From NCBI RefSeq assembly GCF_048593235.1, contig NC_133620.1, positions 458,271,261 through 458,335,260 on the forward strand: 64,000 nucleotides of DNA, written 5' to 3'. Source of the DNA: Sminthopsis crassicaudata (taxonomy: Eukaryota). This document shows positions 46,756 through 58,816 of the stretch, in pieces. A program made the translations under genes and the position numbers. How positions within the stretch are numbered: position 1 is the stretch's first letter; each line of letters starts with the position of its first letter. A model generated the notes under the pieces. That model was not told the DNA's origin. It ran no database searches and was given only the letters and a program-made list of their open reading frames with translations.

Positions 46756-49700
46756 AAGAGTGGTCTGTAGGCTGGAATTCTGTCACTAAACTTCACTATC
46801 TATTTGATTCTGCTTGTAGTTCCAGATTGGGCTGTTTGTATAGACCGAAGTGCAAGTTCCTCATGACTAAGGCAATTAAGTAATATACAGAGCCTTTAGA
46901 ATGTTAGTATTAATAAATACTTTGGCCTATCATTCATTAGTTTGTAAAAGCTATCCATAACTTGTCTTCTGAAAGATAGATCCAGTCTACTCAATATATT
47001 GAAGGCTTCCTTCTAGATTTCTCCATTCTGCCTGGATGGATGCCAGTGGAACAACTCCGGTTATCCATTAGTTACTGCTCTCTCTTAACTCATAACTAGC
47101 CTACCATCTTTTCAGAAAACATTTCCTTGATGATATCTTTTATACAGTTTCTTCTTTGAATATTTTCATGCATAATAATACTGCAGTCTAATCATGCTCT
47201 ATCTGTCCTTCTTTCGGCAACCTTCAACTTGAATTCTTAAACAAGTGAGTTGGTCCCTGCATTCTGATGGTATCATCAGAAGGATAATGGCATTTTACAA
47301 AAATGGGTTTTTATTTCAAGAATTTGAATTCATCAGAAGCATCTGGCAGTTTCCCAAATGGCCCGCTCTCCTTGTGCTATTTCATCTCTGGTTCAGTTCA
47401 AGATGAAATGAGAGATAATTTTATTCATCACCCTCCTGATCCTGAAGCATAAATCAGCGAGAGAAGTGCTCATCAAGGGTATTTGTCATTGTCGCAGAGT
47501 TCAAGAAGAAAAGGAATTTTATCTACATGGGGAGGTCCTCTAAGGGGTTTTTATTATATGGAACTAGTCCCAAACACTAAAGCACCTCATAAAGGAAAGT
47601 TATAATCACTTTAAAGTGTTCCAGGTGGATATAGAAAATACCAGTTATCTAGATTGTGACGGGTGGTTGGACAGATTCCTGAAGCTGTTTCATCAAAACA
47701 TTCATCATGGATGAACATTATACATATATATAAAGCACATAACCCATAGTTGAATGTGATTGATTTGCTCCTTAGAAATTCTATGTAAATTGTATTTCTG
47801 CAAGTTAAATTTTAAGTCAAATGAAATAAATTTAATATTTTCAAGTTACTCCACAGTAACAAGGTGAGTTCTCATCTTGTAATCCTAACAATTCTACTCT
47901 TTTTAAAAATAAAGTGAAGATTTTTTTTGTCATATTTAGAATTACCTTCTGAAGTCTTGATTTTTTAAAAATTCACATTTTAGGTCCTTAAAGGCCTTTA
48001 AAGAGGGTATAGTTTGCTGCAAAGGTAGAGACTGAACCCTTCAGAGTATACCTACTATACTAGTTTTGCTTTCAGAACAAGTCACAAAGACATTGCTCTA
48101 CTACATTAACCTGATTTTGTTATATAGCATCTTAGTGTTCCACAATTATAAATCAAGGAACTGATATGATATACACTTGCTTTACAGAATGTAAAGTCAC
48201 CCTTAGCCAAACTAAGAGTTGGTAAATATCTTTGACTTATATTTTTAATATTATGTTTATTCTGGGAATTTTAGTGGCCAATTGCTGCTAGTGTAGATCT
48301 CTAGTGTTGTATCACTACATACATGTATTACTCCATGCTTGGGCTTCCCTTCAGACCAGTGTTAATCAGATTTAGATCATCTCAGGCATCAGTTAGAGAC
48401 TGATTGTGAGGCAACAGAGCAGAATCCAAGGCCATAGTTTTCTCATGGCAACTCTCCAGTCACAGTCCAGAGGAACCCATCCTTAGTACCATGAATGGGT
48501 GCCTTCCTAGGTCACGTGGAGGACCACCTGGGGCCTCTATTGGCTGGAAGGCTATCACGGTCATCAGGAACAACTGAAGAGCTTCTTCCTCACAATATCT
48601 CCTATGCTACAAGCTCCCACTGAACAGTTATTACGGCTTCCTCTGCCTCTTTCCACAGCAGGTGCTGGATGGATGGATGGATGAGACCCCATGCAAGCTC
48701 ACTGACCAACAAACAAATGATAGTTCATGGGAAAATTGTTGCTTCCAGAAGCCCATTTTTACCATATCAGTCACTTATTAAATATCTGGGAACTATGAAT
48801 ACAATACACTTTTGTGTATTGAATTCATAGAACACTTTTCTATTCATTCATATTTGTTGAATTTTAAAAATATCTGTAATTTCCCCAAATAAATGCTTAG
48901 ACTCACTACAGTTTCAACATGCCACAGAACATTTGCTGTTAACTAATATGCTCTTCCTATGGGAACTCTTGTGAATGAGTTTATTAACACACAAATAGCT
49001 TCAAATTTACTTAGCTTATTCATCTCTGGTTCAGCTATTGCTATCCCCTAATTGTTATCTCAGGTGACTTAGCAGTTTTGCTGGGAAAGGCTGTGTGAAT
49101 GAACAAATTCTCCCAAGAGAGAGACCCAAGTCCTCTGCTGATCTCTCTTTGCTTAACTCAGGATTTCTCTTGTGTATCTGTTGAACACAGCATGGGATCC
49201 CTACGGCTTTGCCCCAGAATACTGACCTGATTGGATGCCAGCCTTCCTGCCCTCCTCTTCCTTCTACCCCAGGCCCAAATTATCCATCTTACCCCCTAAG
49301 ATTCCTAAGTTCGCCAATTTACAATTGGAACTCCTGTTAACAAACATTTCTCCAGCCAAGATCTCTTGGTTTTACATTCCTTCCATGACTGGTGTTGAGG
49401 AGAATCCAGTTTTCTCCAGAACCCACCATATCTCTTGGTGCTCCCTCCAAGAGTGCTCCTTCTCTCACTATCACCCTTGAGTTAGAGCAGTAAATGGCAT
49501 GTTTTGGGTGCTCCCAATGACACTTTCAGATCCTTTTTCTGCCTGTATTACTCATTCCTTCTTTCCTCTAACGTTCACTCCATGCTGTTCAGATCCCTGT
49601 TGATGTTCCCAGGAATCTCCAAGTCATTCTCCCTGAATAGTAGGTTCAGTAAATGGGCCATCATCTTCTTCTTTGCCCCAATGAACGTTGACTTTTAATG

Positions 49701-50377
49701 AATGAATGAACAAATGAAAAAATTATTAAGCTCAATTTCTTCTTTTTAAAAATAAGAGGGTTGCACAAAATGACTTCTAAGGGTCCTTCAGGGAGACATC
49801 CCTCAAAGGGAAATGACTCCTACTTTGGTGTAGAAAGTAGACTGTCTCTAGCCTCCCTCAACCATGTACATATTTAGACAATGCCCCTAACTCAAAGGAA
49901 TTTGCCAGTTATGCTTGTTTTCCAGTATCTTTCCTGGCTTACATCCTAGCTTTATATCTACATTCAAACCATCCTAGAACTCCGTGACTCAGTCACTCAT
50001 TCTCATTGATGGGTGAATGGATCACTAATCACTCAGGTCAATAGGATTCCTTACCTCAATCAATAATAATAACAGTTCACATTAATGCAAAGCTTTAAAG
50101 TTTGCAAAGTACTTCTTATATGTTACCTCTTTTGACTCTTATAAGCCTGTACCATAGATGCTATTTTTGTCATCACCATTTTACACATAAAACATAGGTC
50201 AGGAGAGTTAAACAATTCGCTTGGGGTCACACAGCTAGAAAGGGGCAGTGGCAGGTTTCAAACCCAAGTCTTTTCTTATTCCAACATTCTGTGCTGTATT
50301 CACTTGGTAAAACTGTTTCATCATCAACATCTAAGAATTGTGATTATCAGTCATCTCACTGTAGAGTTTATAGATAG

Positions 50378-50564
50378 CAATGGTCCTCAAACTTTTTAAA
50401 TAGGGGCCAGTTCCCCGTCCCTCAGACTGTGGGAGGCCGGACTAGAGTAAAAACAAAAGCTCCCACTCTGTCTCTGCCCCTCAGCCCATTTGCCATAACC
50501 TGGCGGGCCACATAAATGTCCTCAGTCCGCATCTGGCCAGCGGGCCATAGTTTGAGAACCCCTG
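50378..50564 (+). mobile_element. Non-autonomous hAT MITE, OC1-like (second copy, inverted relative to the first)
   Basis: TIRs caatggtcctcaaact / agtttgagaacccctg; internal sequence is the reverse complement of 45585-45775; TSD not clean. Confidence 0.85.
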
Positions 50565-50655
50565 GCTATAGTAAACCCAGACTTTCTGCAGAGATATACA
50601 GTGAAAGACTTCATCCTTTACAACATGTAAGGAATTGAAAAACATGCTGATTTTA

Positions 50656-51067
50656 GAGAAGAGCTAATCCAATTCCAATTGATCAATGATGGACAGAATC
50701 AGCTACACCCAGAAAAGGAACATTGGGAAATGAGTGTAAACTGTGAGCATTTTTTTTTGGTTTTTCTTCCCAGATTATTTTTAGCTTCCAAATACAATTC
50801 TTCCTTTGCAACAACAACAACAACAAAATTTGGTTCTGCACATATATATTGTACCTAGGATATGCTATAAGATATTTAATTTGTATGGGACTGCCTGCCA
50901 TCTAGGGGAGGGGGTGGAGGGAAGGAGGGGAAAAACTCGGAACAGAAGGGAGTACAAGGGATAATGTTGTAAAAAAAAAAAAATTACTTATGCATATGTA
51001 CTGTCAAAGAAAATGTTATAATTATAAAATTAATTAAAAAAATAATAAATTAAAAAAAAAAGAAAAA
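50656..51067 (+). mobile_element. 5'-truncated L1 3'UTR with perfect 19-bp TSD
   Basis: gaaaaacatgctgatttta at 50637-50655 and 51068-51086; A-rich tail. Confidence 0.92.
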
Positions 51068-51668
51068 GAAAAACATGCTGATTTTATGGAAGGAGTATGA
51101 GATCTCAGGTCAAATCCTGACTGTGCCATTTATTCCTTCTAGATCTGATCTTTTAAGCACCTCAAGTTTACCATAATTCTTGGTCTATCCTCTCAGTTAA
51201 AAATTGGAATTGATGCTGAGTGAAACAAGCAGAACCAGGAATATATTCTAACAGTAACAGCAATATTGGGTGATGATCAACTATGAAAGACTTGGTTCTT
51301 CTCAGCCGTTCAGTGATCCAAGGCAACCCCAATAAACTTTATGATAGAAAGTGCCATCTGCATCCGGAAACAACTATGGAGATTGAATATAAATCAACAC
51401 GGGCTATGTTCTCTTTATTTATTTTTCCTCTTGTAGTTTTTCCCTTTTGTTCTGATTTTTCTCTCCCAACATGATTCATGAAGAAATGTGTACTTAAAAA
51501 GTTAATATGATTGTATTTAATTTATACTTTAACATACTGAGCATGTATGGGTCAACCTGCCATCTGGGAGGGGGGGAAGGAGGAGAAAAATTAGGACAAA
51601 AGGTTTGGCAATTGTCAATGTTGTAAAATTACCCATGCATATATCTGGTAAATAAAAACTATTTAAAA

Positions 51669-52156
51669 AAAAGAAATTGATTATTAAAAAAAATTAATAT
51701 GAGGGGCAGCTAGATAGTGCAATGGATAGAGTACCAATCCTGAAGTCAGGAGGACCTGAGTTCAAATCTGAAACTCCTTGAAAGCAGGAACAGTCTTACT
51801 TTTCTTCTAAACTTAGCAATTGTACCTGGCATGCAGTAGGCGTCTAATAAATGCTTGTTGACTTGATCTGCCTTGCAGGTTATTGGGAGGATCAAATAAA
51901 AAAAAACAATAAAAAAAAAGAAATTGATTATAAAAAAAAATTTAATATGAGGGGCAGCTAGATGGTGCAGTGGATAGAGTACCAATCCTGAAGTCAGGAG
52001 GACCCGAGTTCAAATCTGAAACTCCTTGAAAGCAGGAACAGTCTTACTTTTCTCCTAAACTTAGCAATTGTACCTGGCATACAGTAGGCGCCTAATAAAT
52101 GCTTGTTGACTTGATCTGCCTTGCAGGTTATTGGGAGGATCAAATAAAAAAAAACA
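51669..52156 (+). repeat. About 243-bp tandem duplication of a SINE-head/L2-tail composite
   Basis: aagaaattgattat...gaggggcagctagat...gagttcaaatctg|aaactccttgaaagcagg...aataaatgcttgttgacttg...ggatcaaataaaaaaaaacaa occurs twice with few substitutions. Confidence 0.92.
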
Positions 52157-52159
52157 AAC

Positions 52160-52800
52160 TTGTAGACCACGGCCTCCCCCACACACTTGGCTCTACCTGT
52201 TCTCCCTGGGGGAGCGCACAGAACCTCCCGGCTCGGCCCGGTGCGAGAGAGGCAGAGACCACGCTGTTTCGGACTTTGGGAGCGCGGCCGGGTCTGCTGG
52301 TCCTCCCCGACCAACAGGAGCAGGAGGGGGCGGGGCGGAGGGAAGCCACGCCCCGGGGCGGGGCCTCGGCTCTCTTCTCCACAGGTCTCGGAGCGGCGAG
52401 GTCCTGGAGGCTTTAGTTTAGGAAGGCGTTATGCAAAAATGCCCCGAGCTTGCTCAGCAGATCTGAAATGAGCATTTGTTAGAGCCAGCCTCGTCCCGGG
52501 AGGGTCACATTCTCCGGATCCCCAGCATGTGACTGGGAGCCCAGGCTGGACCTTCGTTCCCGTGCAGCCGGAAGGACTCCCGCGGGGACCTCGGCGCTCC
52601 GTAAGTCCCGAGGCGCGTTACCGATTCTTGCCGGACTAGCCCTGCGCTCCCCTCAGGTCCACTGGGCTGGGTCCGGGAGCCGGCGGAGGGGCAGCGCCTG
52701 GGCTTCCAGGGCTCCCCCGGTCGCCGGCGGAGCTGCGGTTTCTCCGGCTCCATTCTCCCCACGCTGCTTGTTAATTTCAGGATGAATGAATGATGCAATC
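52160..52800 (+). promoter_or_regulatory. CpG island promoter with non-coding exon 52385-52600
   Basis: Sp1/KLF boxes (GGGGCGGGGC twice, CCACGCCCC), acceptor CTCTTCTCCACAG|G at 52384, donor CC|GTAAGT at 52600/52601, and ATF4-C/EBP element TGATGCAAT at 52791-52799. Confidence 0.6.
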
Positions 52801-53269
52801 CTCTGTGGGAGAACCATCAGCCCCTGTGGGGGGGGGGGCTCCCCAGAGTTAGGGGCTAGCCACCCGATCCTGGGACACCCGGCACCCTCTCCTTCCGTCC
52901 TGTTAGCTTTTTAAAGCAGTTTTACTATTTCTGTGCACTGCTGCAAAAATTCAAGTGGGGGCTGAGGACTCATTCATTCAATGGCTAGCCTTTTGTCCGG
53001 GGCTTGTGGACTGATACTGTGTGAAAATCAATGAAGAAATTAGATCAACGCTTTTTAAAAAAGTCTTTTTATTTTCAAAATATCTGCGTAGCTTTAAACG
53101 TTAACCTTGCAAAGCCTTGAGTTCCAAAAGTTTTTCTCCCTCCTTCCCTCCACCCCCTCCCTTAGAAAAGCAAGTAATCTATAACTAATCCATATTAAAT
53201 CTATAATTAATTTATACTAAACAGTGCAATTCTTCTCTCTATATTTCCACAATTTAGATCACCACTTTT

Positions 53270-53530
53270 TATGTTTTATTACCATCCCTCGGTGTGTTTT
53301 ATTACCATCCCTCGGTGTGTTTTATTACCATCCCTCGTGTGTTTTATTACCATCCCTCGGTGTGTTTTATTACCATCCCTCGGTGTGGTTTTATTACCAT
53401 CCCTCGGTGTGGTTTTATTACCATCCCTCGGTGTGTTTTATTACCATCCCTCGGTGTGTTTTATTACCATTCCTCGGTGTGTTTTATTACCATCCCTGGT
53501 ATGTTTTTATTACCATCCCTGGTATGTTTT
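53270..53530. repeat. Minisatellite, 22-24 bp unit (gtgttttattaccatccctcggt), about 11 copies
   Basis: Read directly from the sequence. Confidence 0.95.
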
Positions 53531-54271
53531 CTGTGTCCTGCTAAGGAGAAGCTCAGAGCAGAGAAACCTGAGTTGAGTCTTTGCCTCTGACACAAATGAG
53601 CTATCAGTGCAATCAGTCACTTGCTCTTTAACATCGTATGGATCAAAAATAATAACAAAGAGAACTGTCCTGTACGGTTCTAACCCATTGGGGACTGCAG
53701 ACAGACATGGCAAGGTGCTAGGGAGGAGTCTCGTCTGGACACTTAGGCTCCAGTGCTGCTTTTGCTACTCTGTATGTGGCTGACCTTACTCAGGGCACTT
53801 TTTAGTAAGGCCCATTTTCTCGTCTGCAAATCCTCTCAGCCATAAATGCAGAAACTTCTTTGGGAACTAGGAAAACCCCCAAAGGGTGTTGGTTGAAGTC
53901 CAGGTATTTCACAAATGCCTCCGGAGCTTCTGAAAAACTCTGGGCAGCCAAGCTGGGTTTGAGGAACACCTGGGGCACCTATGTCTCCTCCTGCTGGCAG
54001 CACCGAGCTCTCTAAACTACAGTTAAATAGAATACTCAAGTTGGTTAAACATTGGCAGTGAAAAAAAAAAATAAATAAAAATAGTCAGTGCCCAAGGATT
54101 AAAAAGACAGAAACAAAACAGGCCCTGCCCTCGAGGAGCTGACATTTCTCTTGCCCTGGTTCAGGACTCAGGAAGTAACGGAGAGGATCTGATTCCTCAA
54201 TTCAGAAAAATTCAAATATTATGATTCTTTCCCCAGTCTCTATTTCTACGCCCCTACACACACTGGCTTTG

Positions 54272-54303
<32 letters not shown>

Positions 54304-54529
54304 TGCTCAGGAATAAAAAAATCAAAGCCACCGGGAAAGCCTGGGTTTTCTGACTTGTAGTTTTTAGCCATTTCAGTTATAGCGTGCTGACCTCTGGACT
54401 GTTCCTGGAAAGTCCTGATGCTCCTTGTTATAGCAGTGACCAGTCAAGCAGTAAGCATTTATTAGACTCCTGCTATGGGATCTCCCTGTTCTCACTGGGG
54501 ACAATCTCCTTAAAAGTCATTTCTTAGGT

Positions 54530-54770
54530 GGTGGTTGCTATTTGTCCCTCACTCTCTAAGAGGACTGACATCAGGGAGGTGATACCGTGACATGCAAGCG
54601 AGGGAGAGCTGGGCAAGGTCACCTGCCTCACTGTTCCCTCCAGAGCCGTCTGGGCCCAGTGCACAGATGCAGCTCAGGATGACTAGAGATGGCCTTGGAT
54701 GCAATGAGAAACTTTGGCCTTTTTAAACTAAGGCCTTCAATGGGTCACAGTTTCACTGAGACACCCATTC
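54530..54770 (-). mobile_element. Marsupial non-autonomous RTE-related SINE
   Basis: gacatcagggaggtgatac...ggagatggcc(t)tggatgca...cttggcctttt is shared with 40124-40420. Confidence 0.6.
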
Positions 54771-55933
54771 CACTGTAGCTGCCCTCCCAAAGCTCATCTG
54801 TGACTCAATAGATAAATCCTAGATTTTTGCCTGAGGCACAGAAAGAAGTTACCTGCCTAACTTCACAGAAATGGGCATCAAGGTAGGATTGGAACTCAGA
54901 TCTTCCTTACTCTAATTTGGCCATTGATGATAATAACTAGCATTCATGTTATGTTTTCAGTTTTGTACACTGATACACAAAAATCTCATTTGATCCTAAT
55001 ACTGATTCTGGGTGTAATTTTAGGTTTTTCAGAGTTCCAAGCCCAGTCCAGGTGGGAAAGGGCTCTTCCTGCTCAACCAACTGAGAAGAAGGACATGAGG
55101 ATGTCCCTTTTGGCACATCTTATTCTCTTAGAGATGAGCGTCATTTATTTATTTATTTATTTAATAGTAGCTTTTTATTTTCAGATTGCATAAATGGTTT
55201 TCAACATTCACTCTTGCAAAACCTTGTGTTCCAAATTGTTTCATCCTCTCTCCCCCCTCACCTAGATAGTAAATAATCCAATATAGGTTAGACATGTACT
55301 ATTCTTCTAAACATATTTCCACACTTATCATGCTGCACAAAAAAAAGATCAAAAAGGAAAAAAAAAAGAAAGAAAAAATAAGCAAGTAAACAACAAAAAA
55401 GGGGAAAATACTATTTTGTGATCCACATGTAGTCCCCATAGTCCTCTTTCTAGAAGTAGATGGCTCTCTCAGATGAGTATTATTTATCAGAATGAGCCTC
55501 CTTTCCTCTCCATCTTTCCTTAGTAAAGATAAACTAGTGAAGGTGGAAGGTATCATGGAAGAATGGATAGATTTGGGCTGTAATCTTGTGTCTGTGGTCA
55601 ATAGATAGTTAACCTTAGAACCAGGAAAGTCTGGGTTCAATCCCTGGCAGGATCATGGTCCTCCATATTATGAGGCAGAATGGTGAAGTAGAAGGAGCAC
55701 TGGGTTTGGAGACGAAAGTTCTGGGTTTGAATACTGTTAACTGTGTGACACTGGACAGATAAACTCTGTGGACCTCCACTTTTCCATCTATAAAATGAAG
55801 AGTTGGAGTAGTTGACCTTCAAGGTCATCTGTGAACCTCTGTTCCTGAACTGAGTTGCCTGTCTGCATTATGGAATTTCTAAATAGTATTTTACTTTTTC
55901 TATAGTTACATGTCAACAAAATTTTTAGCATTT

Positions 55934-56132
55934 TTTTTTTTTTTATTATAGCTTTTTATTTACAAGATATATGCATGGGTAATTTTTTAGTATTGACAAT
56001 TGCCAAACCTTTTGTTCCAACTTTTCCCCTCCTTCCCCCTACCCCTTCCCCCAGGTGGCATGTTGACAAATACATGTTAAATATGTTAAAGTATTAGTTA
56101 AATACAATATATGTATACATGTCCAAACAGTT
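55934..56132 (-). mobile_element. Short young L1 3' fragment nested in an older L1 (about 55880-56640)
   Basis: Poly(T) + tattatagctttttatttacaagatatatgcatggg...catgtccaaacagtt; TSD ttttagcattt. Confidence 0.85.
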
Positions 56133-57424
56133 ATTTTAGCATTTACTTTTACAAGATTTTGAGTTCCAAATTTTTCTCCCTCCCTTCCCTTCTTCCAAAG
56201 ATGATAGGCAGTTTTATATAGTTATTATACATGTGCTATCATGTAAAATATATTTCCATATTAGTCACAGTTGGAAAAGAAGAAACAGATCAAAAGGAAA
56301 AAAAAAAAACAGGAGAATTAATAAAGTGAAAAACTTATGTTTTGATCTGCATTCAGCATCCACTAATTCCTTATCTGGATGTGGATAGAGTTTTCCTTCG
56401 TGAGTCCTTTGTCCTTGTCTTGGATCATTATATTGCTGGGAAGAGTTATCATCACACAATGTTGCTGATACTGTATACAATGTTTTCCTGGTTCTGCTTC
56501 TTTCGCTTTGCATCAGATCATACAAGTCTTTCCAGATTTTTCATTTCTTCTTGCCTGATAATATTCCATTATGTTCATATACCACAGCCATTCCTCTACT
56601 GATGGGCACCCCCCCAGTTGCATTTTTCTTTTTTTTTTTTTATGAGACACACAGCTGGTAAGTGTCAAATAAATATCCGAGGCTAGATTTTGGACTTCTG
56701 ACTCTAGACCGATGCTCTATCTAGCTGCTCCTGGGGAGGGAATTTCTATACTGGAAGATCACAGATTCTGACCAATATTCTCCCCTGAACAACCTGTCAT
56801 AGCTACGTCAGAAGGTTATTGTGAGGACCAAATGATAATGCCTTTGTAAAGTGGAAGCTTTTTGGAAATGTCAGCTATTATTGTTATTTTGGAAGATTCT
56901 ATTATATGGAATATTCTGCAGTATTCACCTGTCAAAAAGATCTATTCTCATACTTTATCTTGACTTAAAAAGCTACCTGGAGTTTTCAACAGGTATGCTA
57001 ATGTTGCATCACCACAGGCACGTTCTCCTAAGCTGGTAGAAAGGCTTTGAGTTTGGGTCCAGCATTGGACCTGCCTGGTTCCACTTTAGAGAGTCCCTTA
57101 TCCTGAGGGTTGGCCAACTAATCCATGAATATTTGGGCTGTAGCGACTCATGAAGCCCCTGCTAAGGTATGGAGGGGTTGTGGTCTTCATTGTACCCTCA
57201 ATTCCATTCTCTTGTTCTATGTGACTTCTCCCTTAGAACTTCCAGATACTCAGAGAGCCAGAGGTCCATTCTAACTGTATAATTTTCTACCTCTCCCCCC
57301 ACCACGTTCCTCAAAATGGATCTTAACCATTGGCCCAAGCTTTCCTCCATTGAAAAGCGCAGCTTTTCCACACACATCTTGAAGGGTGCTCTGGGCTCAG
57401 AAAGGGAAAAGTTGTATTTACTAG

Positions 57425-57660
57425 ATTGTTTTCCTTTGTCTTTCTTTTCTTTTCTTTTTCTCTTTCACTCCTCCCAACTTTCCCTTTCTTCTTTTTCTCT
57501 CCCTTTCCCTTTTCTTCTCCCTCTACATCTTCCTCTCTTCCCTTTTCCCTTTTCTTCTTTCCCTTTCTATTTCTTCCCTCTCCCTAATTCCCTCTTTGTC
57601 TATCTCCTTTTGACTTTACTTACCTGATGTCTTTCATTCTTTGTTTTTCCTTCTTTCTTG
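57425..57660. repeat. Polypyrimidine/polypurine low-complexity tract
   Basis: About 230 bp of almost only C/T on the + strand. Confidence 0.85.
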
Positions 57661-58330
57661 GTCCCAGCCCACTTATCCTTCTCTCTAGTCTTTTCATCTC
57701 TCATGAGGCGCTCATGTCATAATTTCCAGCTACTTGCTCTGCTTCTTTTTGCTCATGCAACAGGCTCCATCCCAGATTCTAAGATCTACCTGTTCCTTGG
57801 AATTTCATTGAATTTCTTTTCTCCTTTGATAGAAGCTGTCTTTTCTTGCTCTTGGAATCTCTATAATGTACATGGAGTTTTCGTCTTTCCCATTTTTCCT
57901 CCCTTTGTAACCTGCTCATCAGGTACAAGCTGATCTCAGGGTTACACCCCGGGTTCTTGCAGGGTTGAAGCAACAGAACAGGATATGCTCCATCTTTGTT
58001 GCTCTTGAGTCTTAGCCAAATATTTGAAAGAGATGGGTGTGTTAGACTAAGAAAGCTCAAGTGACCTGGCCAATCTTTATTTACCAAATTTTTTTTGTCA
58101 TATATTCAGTATATGTCAAAGGCAGTACTTCCTACCTCCAAGATAGGCTGTGTTATGTCTTGTTGCTTCTGCTTTTCTTTATGTCTGTTTCTGGCTCTGT
58201 CTTTATCTTTCTTATACACACACCAACATATATGCATATATGTATTGTAAATATGAGTTTACATATTTATTGTATTGAGTATGAAGCCATTTTGTATAGC
58301 AAAAAATTAAAAAAATTATTTTTCTAAGGG

Positions 58331-58660
58331 CCCATTCCCCTCAATAAATTCCAATGGATCCCTGTTATTTCCAAGATTAAGTAGGAAGTCATTTAATGTT
58401 TTTTTTTTTATTATAGCTTTTTATTTACAAGATATACGCCCCATTCCCCTCAATAAATTCCATTGGATCCCTATTATTTCCAAGATTAAGTAGGAAGTCA
58501 TTTAATGGTTGTTTTTTTTATTATAGCTTTTTATTTACAAGATATACGCCCCATTCCCCTCAATAAATTCCAGTAGATCCCTGTTTTTTCCAAGATAAGT
58601 AGGAAGTCATTTAATGGTTTGTTTTTTTTTAATAGCTTTTTTATTTACCAGACATATGCA
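58331..58660. repeat. About 110-bp tandem triplication spanning an L1 insertion junction
   Basis: Units start at 58331, 58440 and 58550 (cccattcccctcaataaattcca). Confidence 0.92.
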
Positions 58661-58816
58661 TGGGTAATTTTCCAGCATTGACAATTGCAAAACCTTTTGT
58701 TCCAACTTTTCCCCTCCTTCCCCCATCCCCTCCTCCAGATGGCAGGTTAACTAATACATGCTACGTATGTTAAAGTATAAGTTAAATGCAATATATGTAT
58801 ACATGTCCAAACAGTT
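58617..58816 (-). mobile_element. Short L1 3' fragment
   Basis: Same subfamily as 55934-56132; TSD catttaatg (58608-58616 and 58818-58826). Confidence 0.85.

Noticed and set aside
47090-47560. Short exon-like open stretches and GTGAGT donors (47245, 47862) in unique AT-rich DNA
   Set aside because: Flanking acceptors give stops in all frames and the peptides match nothing I recognise, including PSPH.
53224-53590. Three ORFs of about 100 aa with FYYHPSV/FITIPRC repeats
   Set aside because: These are translations of the 23-bp minisatellite.
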